DNA of 62,934 bases, the filler included. It is 6 parts of 6 records of this genome, joined end to end, with 100 filler letters (N's around TTAATTAATTAA, not from the genome) between each part and the next. Parts side by side here need not be neighbours in the genome. Positions count along the whole stretch, not along the records: positions 9,990 to 19,885 come from SRR31156797_10869; positions 19,986 to 28,147 come from SRR31156797_10870; 4 more parts are not named here. The stretch is one strand, 5' to 3'. A model generated the notes under the pieces. It was not told where the DNA came from. It saw only the letters and a program-made list of their open reading frames with translations, and did not search any database. How positions within the stretch are numbered: the stretch's first letter is position 1; every line of letters begins with the position of its first letter. Positions 10,092 through 21,043 of the stretch are shown here, piece after piece. The position numbers and the translations under genes are program-made.

Positions 10092-10799
10092 TTAATCTAC
10101 AAATGTACTTATTAATCCAATAAGTCCACCAAATACTGCACCCCAAATAACTAACCATCCTAAATACTCTTTTATCATATTTTGAACAATCTCTTTAACC
10201 ATTTTAGGTGTTAATTCATCTAATCTTTTATTTACTATTAAACTAATCTTTTCATGAATATCATCATTAAACTCTTGTGATTGTAAAGTATCATTTAGTA
10301 TTGTTTGAAAAGAGTCACTTTTTGATATATCAATAATAGATTTTTTTAATTTTTCCACAAATGGTTCTCTTAGAGGTTCTAAAGCTTGCTCGCCACCAAA
10401 CATACCTAACATTCCACCAAAACTTGATTGCATAACTGCTTCTTTTAAAGATTCATAAGCTGGTGTAAAATCTGTTTTATCTAAGACTTTTTCAAAATTA
10501 ATACTTTTTTTAGCACTACTTAATTCCACATCAAAAAACTTAGTTAAGTTCTCTTTTGAAAAAAATTGATTCATAATAAGGTTATGAATAGACTCCTTGA
10601 AAGTGTCAAATTTCTTCTCAATTATTCCAGAGCCATAAAGAAAAGGAACTTTCTCAAAAAGCATATGAATAGCCAAAGTGTTTGTTATAGCACCACTAAA
10701 TGCAAAAAGCCCTATAGTGTAAATCACTTCATTCTCATTTGCATATCCAAAAGATAAAAGTAAAATAGTAAAAATATTTGTAATGTCAGATTTATTCAT
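10092..10799 (-). CDS. DUF445 family membrane protein
   Basis: GAITNTLAIHMLF N-terminus and LVIWGAVFGGLIG C-terminus. Confidence 0.8.
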   Translation of the reverse strand: MNKSDITNIFTILLLSFGYANENEVIYTIGLFAFSGAITNTLAIHMLFEKVPFLYGSGIIEKKFDTFKESIHNLIMNQFFSKENLTKFFDVELSSAKKSINFEKVLDKTDFTPAYESLKEAVMQSSFGGMLGMFGGEQALEPLREPFVEKLKKSIIDISKSDSFQTILNDTLQSQEFNDDIHEKISLIVNKRLDELTPKMVKEIVQNMIKEYLGWLVIWGAVFGGLIGLISTFVD

Positions 10800-10872
10800 G
10801 GGGATAAACTCCTTTTAAAATAAAAAAGGATTTTATCATAAGTTAATTAATTAATTAATTTGATGCTTAGTT

Positions 10873-11628
10873 TTATTTGATTACAAACCAAGGATTTAAT
10901 AGATTCTTTTTGTTATAAACCATAGGTTTATTATTTTCATATTGGTAAGACATCTTCCCTGCTTCTCTAACTATCGCATCAGCTGCTGCTGTATCCCATT
11001 CCATTGTTGGTGCCATTCTAGGGTAAACATCTGCTATACCTTCTGCAACCATACAAAGTTTTAGGGAACTTCCTTTTGAAACTTGTTCAACACTTTTTGT
11101 TTCAAGAGTGTCAATAAACTCTTGTGTTTCTCTAGATAAATGTGATTTTGATGCAACAACATAAAGTTTTTCTTCAGGAGTATTGTTTGTTTGTAAAGGA
11201 AGTTTTTGAGAGTTTTTAAAAGCACCCTCACCTTTTTTAGCCCAATATAAATCCCCTAAAGCAGGAGCATAAACAACTCCTAAAACAGGAGTATCTTTAT
11301 GAATCAAGGCAATATTTACAGTAAACTCACCATTTTTTTTAACAAATTCTTTTGTTCCATCAATTGGGTCAATACAAAAATAGTATTCCCAATCTTTTCT
11401 AATCTCAAATTCTGTTTGTTTATTCTCTTCTGACATCAGAGGAATAGTTGGATATTTTTCCTTTAAAAAATTACAAATAATCTCATTTGATTTTAAATCT
11501 GCTTTAGTTAAAGGTGATTTATCATCTTTGTATTCAACACTAAAATCTTTTTTATAGATTTTCATAATTTCATCACCAGCTTCTAAAGCAATATTTTTTA
11601 TATCTTCAATATCTACTTTTTCTAACAT
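10873..11628 (-). CDS. cysQ: 3'(2'),5'-bisphosphate nucleotidase CysQ
   Basis: KDDKSPLTKAD, SEE, IDPIDGTKEF, WDTAA. Confidence 0.93.
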   Translation of the reverse strand: MLEKVDIEDIKNIALEAGDEIMKIYKKDFSVEYKDDKSPLTKADLKSNEIICNFLKEKYPTIPLMSEENKQTEFEIRKDWEYYFCIDPIDGTKEFVKKNGEFTVNIALIHKDTPVLGVVYAPALGDLYWAKKGEGAFKNSQKLPLQTNNTPEEKLYVVASKSHLSRETQEFIDTLETKSVEQVSKGSSLKLCMVAEGIADVYPRMAPTMEWDTAAADAIVREAGKMSYQYENNKPMVYNKKNLLNPWFVIK

Positions 11629-11631
11629 ACT

Positions 11632-12801
11632 TTAACTGTCACTATTAAATAAATCACGAGTAAAGACTTTGTCTTTAACATCAACAATATCATCAGCTAA
11701 TCTATTTGCAACAATAACATCAGATACTTTTTTAAACTCTTCTAAGTCTTTTATTACTCTTGAATTAAAAAATTCTTCTTCATCTAATACAGGTTCATAT
11801 ACTACTACTTCAATACCTTTTGCTTTTATTCTTTTCATTATTCCTTGTATTGCAGAAGACCTAAAGTTATCTGAACCTTCTTTCATAACTAATCTATATA
11901 CACCAACTATATTTGGGTTTTTAGATATTATTGAATCTGCTATAAAATCTTTTCTTGTACTATTTGCATTTACTATTGCTTCTATTATATTTGATGGTAC
12001 ATTTTTATAGTTTGCCAATAATTGTTTTGTATCTTTTGGTAAGCAGTATCCTCCATATCCAAATGATGGATTATTATAGTGTGTTCCTATTCTTGGATCT
12101 AAACCTACACCTTCTATAATCTCTTTTGTATTTAAGTTATGTGTTTGTGCATATGAATCTAATTCATTGAAATATGCTACTCTCATAGCTAAATATGTAT
12201 TTGAAAATAATTTCACTGCTTCTGCTTCTGTTGATTCTGTAAAAAGAATATCAATGTTCTCTTTTATTGCACCTTGTGCTAAAAGATTTGCAAAAACTTC
12301 TGCTCTTTTTGATTTTTCTCCAACTATTATTCTACTTGGATACAAGTTATCAAATAAAGCTTTTCCTTCTCTTAAAAACTCAGGAGAAAAAATTACATTA
12401 TTTATATTAAATTCTTCATTTATCTTTTTTGTATATCCAACTGGAATTGTTGATTTTATTACCATTGTTGTATTTGGGTTTATATTTAATACATCTTTTA
12501 TTACATATTCTATTGATTTTGTATTAAAATAGTTTGTTTCTGGGTCATAATCTGTTGGTGTTGAGATTATTACAAAGTCTGCATTTTCATATGCTTCTTT
12601 TTTATCTAATGTTGCTTTGAAGTTTAATTCATCTTTTAACAGGTATTCTTGTATCTCTTTGTCTTCTATTGGTGATATTTTTTTATTTAACAGTTCTACT
12701 TTCTCTGGGATTATATCTAATGCTATAACTTCATTATTTTGTGCTAAAAGTAACCCATTTGACAAGCCTACATATCCTGTCCCTGCTATTGCTATCTTCA
12801 T
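11632..12801 (-). CDS. ugd: UDP-glucose 6-dehydrogenase
   Basis: [23 protein letters not shown]; start MKIAI. Confidence 0.95.
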   Translation of the reverse strand: MKIAIAGTGYVGLSNGLLLAQNNEVIALDIIPEKVELLNKKISPIEDKEIQEYLLKDELNFKATLDKKEAYENADFVIISTPTDYDPETNYFNTKSIEYVIKDVLNINPNTTMVIKSTIPVGYTKKINEEFNINNVIFSPEFLREGKALFDNLYPSRIIVGEKSKRAEVFANLLAQGAIKENIDILFTESTEAEAVKLFSNTYLAMRVAYFNELDSYAQTHNLNTKEIIEGVGLDPRIGTHYNNPSFGYGGYCLPKDTKQLLANYKNVPSNIIEAIVNANSTRKDFIADSIISKNPNIVGVYRLVMKEGSDNFRSSAIQGIMKRIKAKGIEVVVYEPVLDEEEFFNSRVIKDLEEFKKVSDVIVANRLADDIVDVKDKVFTRDLFNSDS

Positions 12802-12972
12802 TTTTTTATTCCTATTTTTACTTAATAAAGGCAAAAATTATACCTAATACTTTATATTTAAATGCTTATAATAAATTCTTTACAAATAACAAAACAATGT
12901 TAATCTTTAAAATATGTGTAACTCACTTGTAATGCATTTAATTTAAAATTTCATATATCTTAAGGAGAAAAT

Positions 12973-14685
12973 ATGATTGATGTGCAAAAAGAGATTGAAA
13001 AGAAGTTCCCAAAGGTTGCGAAAAACCCTAACTTTTTAAGTAAATCCTTAATAAAAATTGCAAAAAAAGTGATTCATGAAAACTCAATTAACGATTTTTT
13101 AGAGAAGAATTCTCACTTAAAAGGTTTTGAGTTTGTAGATGCAGTTTTAGATTATTTTGAATTTGACTATACAGTTTCAAGTAATGATATACAAAATATT
13201 CCCCCTACAGGAAAAGTTGTAATTATTGCAAACCATCCTTTAGGAGCTTTAGATGCTCTTTCACTTTTAAAACTTGTGGGAACAGTAAGAAATGATGTAA
13301 AAATTGTGGCAAATGACTTTTTAGTTGGGATTGATGCTTTAAGTTCTCTTCTTATTCCTATTGATAATTATAAAATGAGACAATCAAAAAGAGATATTCA
13401 GAAGATTTATCAAGCTTTAAATGAAGAGCAAGCGATTATTGTTTTTCCTGCTGGAGAAGTTAGTCGTGCTAGTGCAAATGGTGTTAAAGACCCAGTTTGG
13501 AACAAAGGTTTTATAAACTTTGCATTAAATTCAAATGCACCTATTCTTCCTATTTTTATCGGAGGTAAAAACTCAAAAGCTTTTTATACAATGTCATTAT
13601 TAAATAAAACTTTTTCAACAATACTTTTATCAAATGAAATGTTTAGAAAGAAATCTACCAATATAAATATAAAAATTGGTGAGATAATCCCTCATGAAAA
13701 TATTAAACCAAGGGGATTAAACAAAAAAGTAATTGTAAGCTTATATAAAAAACATGTATATGCACTAAAAAAAGGTAAAAAATCTTACTTTTTAACTCAA
13801 AAAGCAATAGCCCATCCACAAAAAAAAGATGTGATTTTAAAAGAGCTAAAAGGTTCTCAACTTTTAGGTGAAACTTCTGATGGCAAAAAAATATATCTTT
13901 ACGATTACAAAGATGATTCTGTTGTTTTAAAAGAGTTGGGAAGATTAAGAGAACTTAGTTTTAGAAAAGTTGGTGAAGGAATAAACAAAAAAAGTGATAC
14001 TGATAAATATGATATTTACTACCAACATATCATTTTATGGGATGAAAATGATTTAGAAATAGTGGGCTCATATAGAATAGGAAATGGAAATTTCATAAAA
14101 GAAAACATAGGAATAAAAGGGTTTTATTCAAATACTCTATTTAGATATAACAAAAAGTTTGAGCCTTATTTAAAAAACTCAATTGAACTTGGAAGAAGTT
14201 TTGTTCAACCAAAATATTGGGGAACAAGAGCACTTGATTATCTATGGTATGGGATAGGTGCATATTTAAAAGCTAATCCACATATTAAATATATGTTTGG
14301 ACCAGTTTCTATATCAGGAACTTTCCCTTCATCTGCAAAAGATATGATGATATTTTATTATAATCATTACTTTTCAAATGATGTAGAAGTTCTTGAAGCA
14401 AAAATGCCATATCAATATTCATCACATATTCAAGATTTGAAAAATGTATTTCAACTTGATGATAGAAAAAAAGATTTTAAAGTATTAAAATCTACTCTAA
14501 ATGGGATGGGAGTTGCAGTACCAACACTATTTAAGCAATATGTTGATGTATGTGAAGAAGGTGGTGTAAAATTTTTAGCTTTTAATGTTGACCCAGATTT
14601 TTCAAACTGTGTGGATGGATTAATATTGGTAGATGTAGAAAAAATAAAAATAACTGCAAGAAAAAGATACATAGATAAAGAGTAA
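12973..14685 (+). CDS. Bifunctional PlsC-type plus OlsB-type GNAT acyltransferase (OlsF-like ornithine/amino-lipid synthase)
   Basis: N-domain NHPLGALD and FPAGEV; C-domain LGRLRELSFR, ELGRSFV, FNVDPDF. Confidence 0.75.
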   Translation: MIDVQKEIEKKFPKVAKNPNFLSKSLIKIAKKVIHENSINDFLEKNSHLKGFEFVDAVLDYFEFDYTVSSNDIQNIPPTGKVVIIANHPLGALDALSLLKLVGTVRNDVKIVANDFLVGIDALSSLLIPIDNYKMRQSKRDIQKIYQALNEEQAIIVFPAGEVSRASANGVKDPVWNKGFINFALNSNAPILPIFIGGKNSKAFYTMSLLNKTFSTILLSNEMFRKKSTNINIKIGEIIPHENIKPRGLNKKVIVSLYKKHVYALKKGKKSYFLTQKAIAHPQKKDVILKELKGSQLLGETSDGKKIYLYDYKDDSVVLKELGRLRELSFRKVGEGINKKSDTDKYDIYYQHIILWDENDLEIVGSYRIGNGNFIKENIGIKGFYSNTLFRYNKKFEPYLKNSIELGRSFVQPKYWGTRALDYLWYGIGAYLKANPHIKYMFGPVSISGTFPSSAKDMMIFYYNHYFSNDVEVLEAKMPYQYSSHIQDLKNVFQLDDRKKDFKVLKSTLNGMGVAVPTLFKQYVDVCEEGGVKFLAFNVDPDFSNCVDGLILVDVEKIKITARKRYIDKE

Positions 14686-16544
14686 CTACTCTTTATCTTT
14701 TAATTTACCTTTTATTATAAATACTGAACCATTTTGGTATTTATAATCTAACTTTCCAAAAAGTTGATACTTTACAATAGTATTAATAAGTCTTAATCCT
14801 AGAGTTTTATCTACAATTTTTTCAAATTCATTTGGCAAACCTTTTCCGTTGTCTTTTACTTCAATAACTAATGTTTCATCATTATCTTCTTTTGCATTTA
14901 ATATTAATATTGGGTTTTTATTGTCAACAAAAGCGTATTTAAAGGCATTTGTTATTAATTCATTTAAAACTAATCCATAAGGCATTGCACATTGAATATC
15001 AAGTTCAATTTCTTGCATATTAATATTTACTGATACTCTATTTTCTAAGTCATAGCTTCTTGAAATATTTTCAACCAGCTCTTCAATATATGATTTGAAA
15101 GGGATTTTATTTAAATTTGTTGATTCATAAAGTTTTCTATGAATCAGTTCCATTGTATATATTCTTTCTTTTATATCTATTAATACTTTTTTTATCTTTT
15201 CATCTTCTATTTCATCTTCTTGAAGTTCTATAAAACTAATAGTAAGGGCTAAATTATTTTTACTCTATGATGAATCTCCTTAAGTAGAGTTTCTTTTTCC
15301 TCTAATGATTTTGAAATCTCTTTAGTTTTTTCATCTACTTTTTTATCTAAACAATTGATACTATCTTCAAAAAAATCTAACATAGAATCAAAAGATTTAC
15401 CTAATATCCCAATATCATCTTCACCTTTTACATTTGACCTAATATTTTTTTCGCCATTGTTTACAGCAATTGCCGTTTTTGTTAATGTATTTAGATTTCT
15501 TAAAACCCTTTTGAAGAAAAAAAGCATTAATAAAAAGCTTATCCCTATTGCAATTAGTGTTTCAGGAAGTAAAAGTAAAGTACGAGTTCTTATTTTATTT
15601 AGTATCTCTTCTTTTTCAATAGTATAAATTAAGAAAAAATATCTAGAATTTGACCTTTCTACTAATTTAATAACCCATGTTATAAACTCTTTTTCTCCGA
15701 CTTTATGAAAGATTGGTTCTTTTTCGCTTTTATGATTAAATAACTCATTTAATGTTAAATTTCCAGTTGGAATATTTTCTACATTTGATAACATACTTAT
15801 TGTATATTTTCCTTTTCTAAGTTCTTTATTCTCTTCTAGAACTCTTTCATTCATACTCTTATAATTTTTAGTATTTAATAAAACTAAAGCAATTTTTGTT
15901 GTTTTTAAACTAGAGTCTATTAATGTTTTTGGATAAACACTCTCTTTTAAGTCCATTTCAAAGCTCATATGATTAGGATTTAAGGAACTATAGTCACAAA
16001 TAAGTTCTAAAAAAGAATTATGAAGTTTTAAATCTTTATTATAAATATAATACTCTTTTTTTCTAAAACCTCTTATTTGTTCATAGCTTTTTTTTCCCCA
16101 GACTCCTGTCTCTTTTGTATTGTTTTCAGAAAAAAAATCTAAATTTTTCACATACTTGTAATCACTGTTATTTGTAGTGATTTTATAAGAACAGTATTTT
16201 GATATTAGACTTTTATCAAGATATTCAATTAACTGTGTTTTGCTTAAACTATTTTGAGATTCAAGTTTAAAAACTTGATTTTCTATTTTTTTCTTGTTTA
16301 ACTCAATCTCAAGTGATGATTGCATTTTTAGAGACTTACCTAAAATATGAAACTTTTCTTTTGTAAGAGATATTGTTCTTGCAATATGAGATATATTGTC
16401 ATTTAGAGCATTGTTTTCAACTCTTGGTATCGTTAATATAGTTTTAAAAAGCATAAAAAAGATAACAAAAATAAAAAAAGAAAAAATTACTTTTGTAGAA
16501 AAAGAGTAATTACTAAGACTAAATATTTTAATTATTTTTTTCAA
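14686..16544 (-). pseudogene. HAMP-HisKA_2-HATPase sensor kinase split by a 1-nt frameshift
   Basis: Upstream ORF ends EIHHRVKII*; one extra A in the A5 run (15257-15261) restores EIHHRVKNNL and joins ORF 14686-15153 (NELITNAFKYA, DNGKG). Confidence 0.8.
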
Positions 16545-17262
16545 TAATTTTTATCCTATATCCCTCTTCATATAAGCTTTCAACTGGATTAAATCCAAGT
16601 TTATTTTTTAATCTGTAGATTAAAGATCTTAATTTAGATAAATCATAAACATCTTCTCTCCAAATAAAATTAAATATTGCATTAAAAGAGACAATTTGCC
16701 CAGCTTCTTGAGATAGTATCTCTAAAAGTTTTTTCTCATTTTTTGTTAGTTTAAAAATTTCATTATCTTTAAAAAGTTCACTTTGTGTTTTATCAAAATA
16801 TATATTTTCAGATAGATGTATTAGCTTATTTTTTGAGGTTTTGATTGTGTTTTTATTTTTAAAAAAATATTGATGTTTATGCATTGCTGTATTTATAGCA
16901 ACTTTTAGTTCCTCGTTTCTACAAGGTTTTAAAAGATATGCATAAGGTTCTGACTCCATTGCTTGATTTAAAATTTTGTCATTATAATATGATGTTAAAA
17001 ATATAATAGGTATATTAAAGTTTTTCCAAATATAATTTGCTACATCAATTCCTGTTTTTGATGAATTTAAATTTATATCAATAATTGCAATATCAGGGAA
17101 ATGCTTTTCAACTTGAATTATTGCATTATCAGCAGTTGATGCAATTCCACTAACACAAAGTCCCATTTTTTTTAATTTTGCTTCCATTGCCATTGCCAAA
17201 ACTGGTTCATCTTCTACAATTAAAACATCAAAATTTTTGTTAGCTATTAGATTATTTGACAA
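16528..17262 (-). CDS. Response regulator, REC plus OmpR-type winged helix
   Basis: IVEDE, IDINL, FLTS, LKP; C-terminal LTKNE..LIYRLKNK..EGY. Confidence 0.88.
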   Translation of the reverse strand: MSNNLIANKNFDVLIVEDEPVLAMAMEAKLKKMGLCVSGIASTADNAIIQVEKHFPDIAIIDINLNSSKTGIDVANYIWKNFNIPIIFLTSYYNDKILNQAMESEPYAYLLKPCRNEELKVAINTAMHKHQYFFKNKNTIKTSKNKLIHLSENIYFDKTQSELFKDNEIFKLTKNEKKLLEILSQEAGQIVSFNAIFNFIWREDVYDLSKLRSLIYRLKNKLGFNPVESLYEEGYRIKIIEKNN

Positions 17263-17283
17263 TTAAAAAATTCCTTTCAAACA

Positions 17284-17394
17284 GATAATGATAATGATAT
17301 TCAAAACTGTATTAATTTTCTATTAATACTTTGTTAAATTTTTATTAATTTTAATATTCATTATCATTTTATCATTATTCTATCATTTTTCATT
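17284..17394. promoter_or_regulatory. Fur-box-like sites between regulator and TonB receptor
   Basis: GATAATGATAATGATATTC at 17284-17302 (consensus GATAATGATAATCATTATC) and repeated (A)TCATT units 17358-17394. Confidence 0.6.
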
Positions 17395-17437
17395 ACTAAA
17401 ATTGCATCATCTAAAATTCATAACACAAGGAGAATAA

Positions 17438-19450
17438 ATGAATATAAAGAAATTTTTAACACTATCACTAGCAGTATCTACAAGTTTAGCTTCATTACAT
17501 GCAAAAAGTGATTCAAACAACTTAAGCGATGTAACCGTAGTTAGTTCTAGTGGTTTTGAACAAAATCTAAGTGATGCACCTGCAACTATTTCTGTAATAT
17601 CTGCAGAAGAATTAGAAAAGAAATCTTATACTGATATAACAGATGCCTTAAAAAATGTACCTGGAGTATATGTTAATGGTGGAGGTTCAAATCAAAGTAT
17701 TAGTATTAGAGGTATGGCAAAAGAGTATACTCTATTCTTAATTGATGGAAAACCAATGCAAGGAAATGATACTTTTAGTCCAAATGGAAGTTTAGGTGGA
17801 GCTCCAATTAACTTCTTACCTTCTATTGATAGTATCGAAAGAATTGAGATTATTAGGGGACCTGCTTCTTCACTTTATGGTTCTGATGCAATGGGTGGGG
17901 TTGTAAATATTATTACAAAAAGAAATGCAAAAGAGGTAACAGGAAGTGTTTCATTTGAGTATGTAAATGCTGATTCTAATAATAAAGTAAATAATGACTC
18001 TTTACAAACTAACTTTTATATCAATGCTCCTATTATAGAAAATTTATTATCTATATCTCTTAATGCATCTAAATTAGATTCTGAAGAGAGTGACTTTCAA
18101 AGTAATGGAGCACAAAAAGCAGGAAGTGATCCAGACTTTAAAAGAGAAAATATTGGTACAAAACTAACTTATACTCCAGATGAAAATAATAGAATAACAT
18201 TAGCTTATGACTATAGAATTCAAGAAAGAACATCGACACCTGGAAAAAGTTTACCATCTACAGAAGAAAGATCATATAATAAATCAGAAAACTATGCTTA
18301 CAGTCTTTCTCATGAAGCTAACTATGACAAGTTTCTTGTTAATTCATATTTAAACTATGAAAAAGCAAAAAATGGCTCAAGAACAAATTCTACAACAGGT
18401 AATGGTATTGAGTTTGAAACTTTAACTTTCAATACACAAGGTACATATTTCTTTGAACAAAACACTACTTCTCTTGGTTTAAATGTAAAAGATGAAACAC
18501 TTGAAGATGGTGCAACAAGTTCTTTAGATGACTCAATTGTCAATATGGATAGATACCAATGGTCAATCTTTGGAGAAAATGAGTGGTCAATTACAAATGA
18601 TTTAGCTTTAACATTAAGTGGAAGATATGATGATAATGAGAAGTTTGGTAGTAATTTCTCTCCTAAAGCTTATGTTGTTTACCATGCAACTGATAAACTA
18701 ACTATTAAAGGTGGAATGACTGCAGGATATAAAGCACCATCACTTAGACAATCAGCACCTGATTTTGCAGGAGTATCAAGAGGTGGAGTTATGATTGGTG
18801 ACCCAGATTTGAAACCTGAAAAAAGTCTAAACTATGAAATTGGATTAGCATATACTGATTATGACTTAGGATTTAAAGGAAGTATTGTTGCTTTCTCTAC
18901 AGATTTTGAAGATAAAATTCAAAGAACAGCGAGAGTTTGTGAACCAAATGTTCCTTGTACTTATAAAGGTACAACCTATGCAGCACACCAATATGGATAT
19001 ACAGCTTATGAGAATGTAGATGAAGCTCAAATCCAAGGTATCGAAATCACATCGGATTTTAATATTACTGATAACTTAGTATATAAACACTCATATACAT
19101 ATACAGATAGTGAACAAAAAACAGGTGATAACAAAGGTAAACCTTTAAATAATATCTCTAAACATATGTTTAATGCAGGCCTTGATTGGGAAGTAACAAC
19201 AAAACTTGATTTATGGACACAAGTAAACTATAGAAGTGAAACTGCCGGAAGTGTTTCAAGAAGCGGTGATTTAGAAAAACAACCATCATATACATTTGCA
19301 GATATAGGTTTAGTATATGACATTAAAGATGATATGACATTTAAATTTGGTATTTACAATGTTACGAATAAAGAAGTTACAACAGAAGATGGCTATGACA
19401 ATATCCTTGATGGTAGAAGATATAGTTTCGCATTAAACTATAAATTCTAA
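17438..19450 (+). CDS. TonB-dependent receptor (CirA/IrgA/CfrA-like, iron-related)
   Basis: Signal peptide, plug IERIEIIRGPASSLYGSDAMGGVVNIIT, LKPEKS, C-terminal Phe. Confidence 0.92.
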   Translation: MNIKKFLTLSLAVSTSLASLHAKSDSNNLSDVTVVSSSGFEQNLSDAPATISVISAEELEKKSYTDITDALKNVPGVYVNGGGSNQSISIRGMAKEYTLFLIDGKPMQGNDTFSPNGSLGGAPINFLPSIDSIERIEIIRGPASSLYGSDAMGGVVNIITKRNAKEVTGSVSFEYVNADSNNKVNNDSLQTNFYINAPIIENLLSISLNASKLDSEESDFQSNGAQKAGSDPDFKRENIGTKLTYTPDENNRITLAYDYRIQERTSTPGKSLPSTEERSYNKSENYAYSLSHEANYDKFLVNSYLNYEKAKNGSRTNSTTGNGIEFETLTFNTQGTYFFEQNTTSLGLNVKDETLEDGATSSLDDSIVNMDRYQWSIFGENEWSITNDLALTLSGRYDDNEKFGSNFSPKAYVVYHATDKLTIKGGMTAGYKAPSLRQSAPDFAGVSRGGVMIGDPDLKPEKSLNYEIGLAYTDYDLGFKGSIVAFSTDFEDKIQRTARVCEPNVPCTYKGTTYAAHQYGYTAYENVDEAQIQGIEITSDFNITDNLVYKHSYTYTDSEQKTGDNKGKPLNNISKHMFNAGLDWEVTTKLDLWTQVNYRSETAGSVSRSGDLEKQPSYTFADIGLVYDIKDDMTFKFGIYNVTNKEVTTEDGYDNILDGRRYSFALNYKF

Positions 19451-19473
19451 TAATTGAAGCCTTTTTTACTTCT

Positions 19474-19512
19474 AAAACCCAAGTTTTTTTAAATTTTGAC
19501 TTGGGTTTTTTT
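19474..19512 (+). terminator. Stem-loop with U-tract after TonB receptor
   Basis: AAAACCCAAGT/ACTTGGGTTTT plus T-run. Confidence 0.65.
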
Positions 19513-19544
19513 ATATATCTAAAATTGACAAAAAGGACATATAA

Positions 19545-19811
19545 TTGGGAATATTAAGAATTTTAACGGCATGTTTGGGAGGATACCTGTTTGCATCACT
19601 TGCAACAGTAACACTATCATTGGTATTGCCCTTTTCAAATAAAATTGAAGCAATATCCTTTGCTACAATGATATCATTTCTTTTATGGTTATGTTTTATC
19701 CTTTACTCATTTAGTAATGTAAAACTTAAGAGTTTATTAATTCAACTTACACTTATTTGTACAAACCTTTATCTTTTTAATGTTTGTCTATCTGCGATTA
19801 AAGGTTTATAA
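19545..19811 (+). CDS. Small membrane protein (DUF3649-like, iron-uptake associated)
   Basis: RILTACLGGY motif, 3 TM, directly before a PepSY-TM gene; start uncertain. Confidence 0.6.
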   Translation: MGILRILTACLGGYLFASLATVTLSLVLPFSNKIEAISFATMISFLLWLCFILYSFSNVKLKSLLIQLTLICTNLYLFNVCLSAIKGL

Positions 19812-19885
19812 TGGAAAGAAACTTTAAAGAATCAATGAGATGGTTACATACTTGGAGTGGTTTAATTGTAGGTTGGCTTTTATTT
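19811..19885 (+). CDS. PepSY-associated TM helix protein, 3'-truncated
   Basis: MERNFKESMRWLHTWSGLIVGWLLF; WLHTWSGL is typical of the family. Confidence 0.75.
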
Positions 19886-19985
19886 NNNNNNNNNNNNNNN
19901 NNNNNNNNNNNNNNNNNNNNNNNNNNNNNTTAATTAATTAANNNNNNNNNNNNNNNNNNNNNNNNNNNNNNNNNNNNNNNNNNNN
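19886..19985. other. Artificial contig linker
   Basis: N-run/TTAATTAATTAA/N-run. Confidence 0.98.
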
Positions 19986-19986
19986 A

Positions 19987-20847
19987 TCTGCCAAATCAGA
20001 TACCACCAGTTATATACATGTTGTTGATATTACCAATGATAGAATTGAGACTGTTCTTTCTGTAAACAAGCATTTTGAAGCACCCAACTGGCATCCCGAT
20101 AATTATTTAATTCTGAATAGTTATGGGAAATTGTATTCACTTGATTTGCTGACAAAAGAAATGAACTTAATAAATACCGGGCATGCAATTGCTTTGAATA
20201 ACGATCATGGGATTTCTCCTGACGGAAAATGGTTGGTTGTAAGTAACTTCGATCAGCAAGGTTCATCGTTAGATGCATACAATTCTTCTATTTATGTTCT
20301 TCCTGCTGTAGGAGGTGAGCCAAGAAAAGTTACTACAGAAAGTTTGTGCTTTTGGCATGGCTGGAGCCCCGATGGAGAAAAACTTGCCTACACCGGGTAT
20401 CTTAACGGTGATTTCGATATTTATACCATTGATATTAACGGAGGCCCGGCAACTCGTTTAACAAGTACCAAAGGATTAGACGACGGCCCCGATTACTCTT
20501 TTGACGGAAAATATATATACTTTAATTCATATCAAACCGGACAAATGCAAATCTGGAGAATGCTTACTGATGGTTCGAATCCGGAGCAATTAACTTTTGA
20601 TGAACATTCAAATTGGTTTGCACATCCTTCGCCCGACAATAAATGGATTGTTTATTTATGCTATATCGATGACCAGAAACAGGATCATTTATTTGGGAAA
20701 AAAGTAAAACTTCGGTTGATGAATCTGGAAACAAGAGAAATTAAAGATTTAACTCCGGTGTTTTACGGTGGACAAGGAACGATTAATGTACCTTCCTGGA
20801 GTCCTGATAGCAGGAAATTGTCGTTTGTTAGCTATTCTGTGAAATAA
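19987..20847 (+). CDS. TolB-like PD40 beta-propeller protein, 5'-truncated
   Basis: Repeated SPDG/WSPD motifs; frame open from contig edge (FEAPNW upstream of the listed ORF). Confidence 0.85.
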   Translation, partial: SAKSDTTSYIHVVDITNDRIETVLSVNKHFEAPNWHPDNYLILNSYGKLYSLDLLTKEMNLINTGHAIALNNDHGISPDGKWLVVSNFDQQGSSLDAYNSSIYVLPAVGGEPRKVTTESLCFWHGWSPDGEKLAYTGYLNGDFDIYTIDINGGPATRLTSTKGLDDGPDYSFDGKYIYFNSYQTGQMQIWRMLTDGSNPEQLTFDEHSNWFAHPSPDNKWIVYLCYIDDQKQDHLFGKKVKLRLMNLETREIKDLTPVFYGGQGTINVPSWSPDSRKLSFVSYSVK

Positions 20848-21043
20848 TTTTAAACATGTTTTAATAAGTACGGAATTTTTCCGGATTTTAATTTTCATCA
20901 GTATTTCATACGTTTTTTGTTGATATACCAGGGGTGATTTTGCCCTTGGTTTTATAAAGACTTTTTATTCACAACTTTTAATTCAGACAAAGAAATTGGT
21001 TGCAAATAGTTATAAATGCCGGTAAAAATGGAGAGCGGTATTT

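Noticed and set aside
10843-10860. (TTAA)n run resembling the linker core (also 2755-2766)
   Set aside because: No flanking Ns; low-complexity AT-rich intergenic sequence
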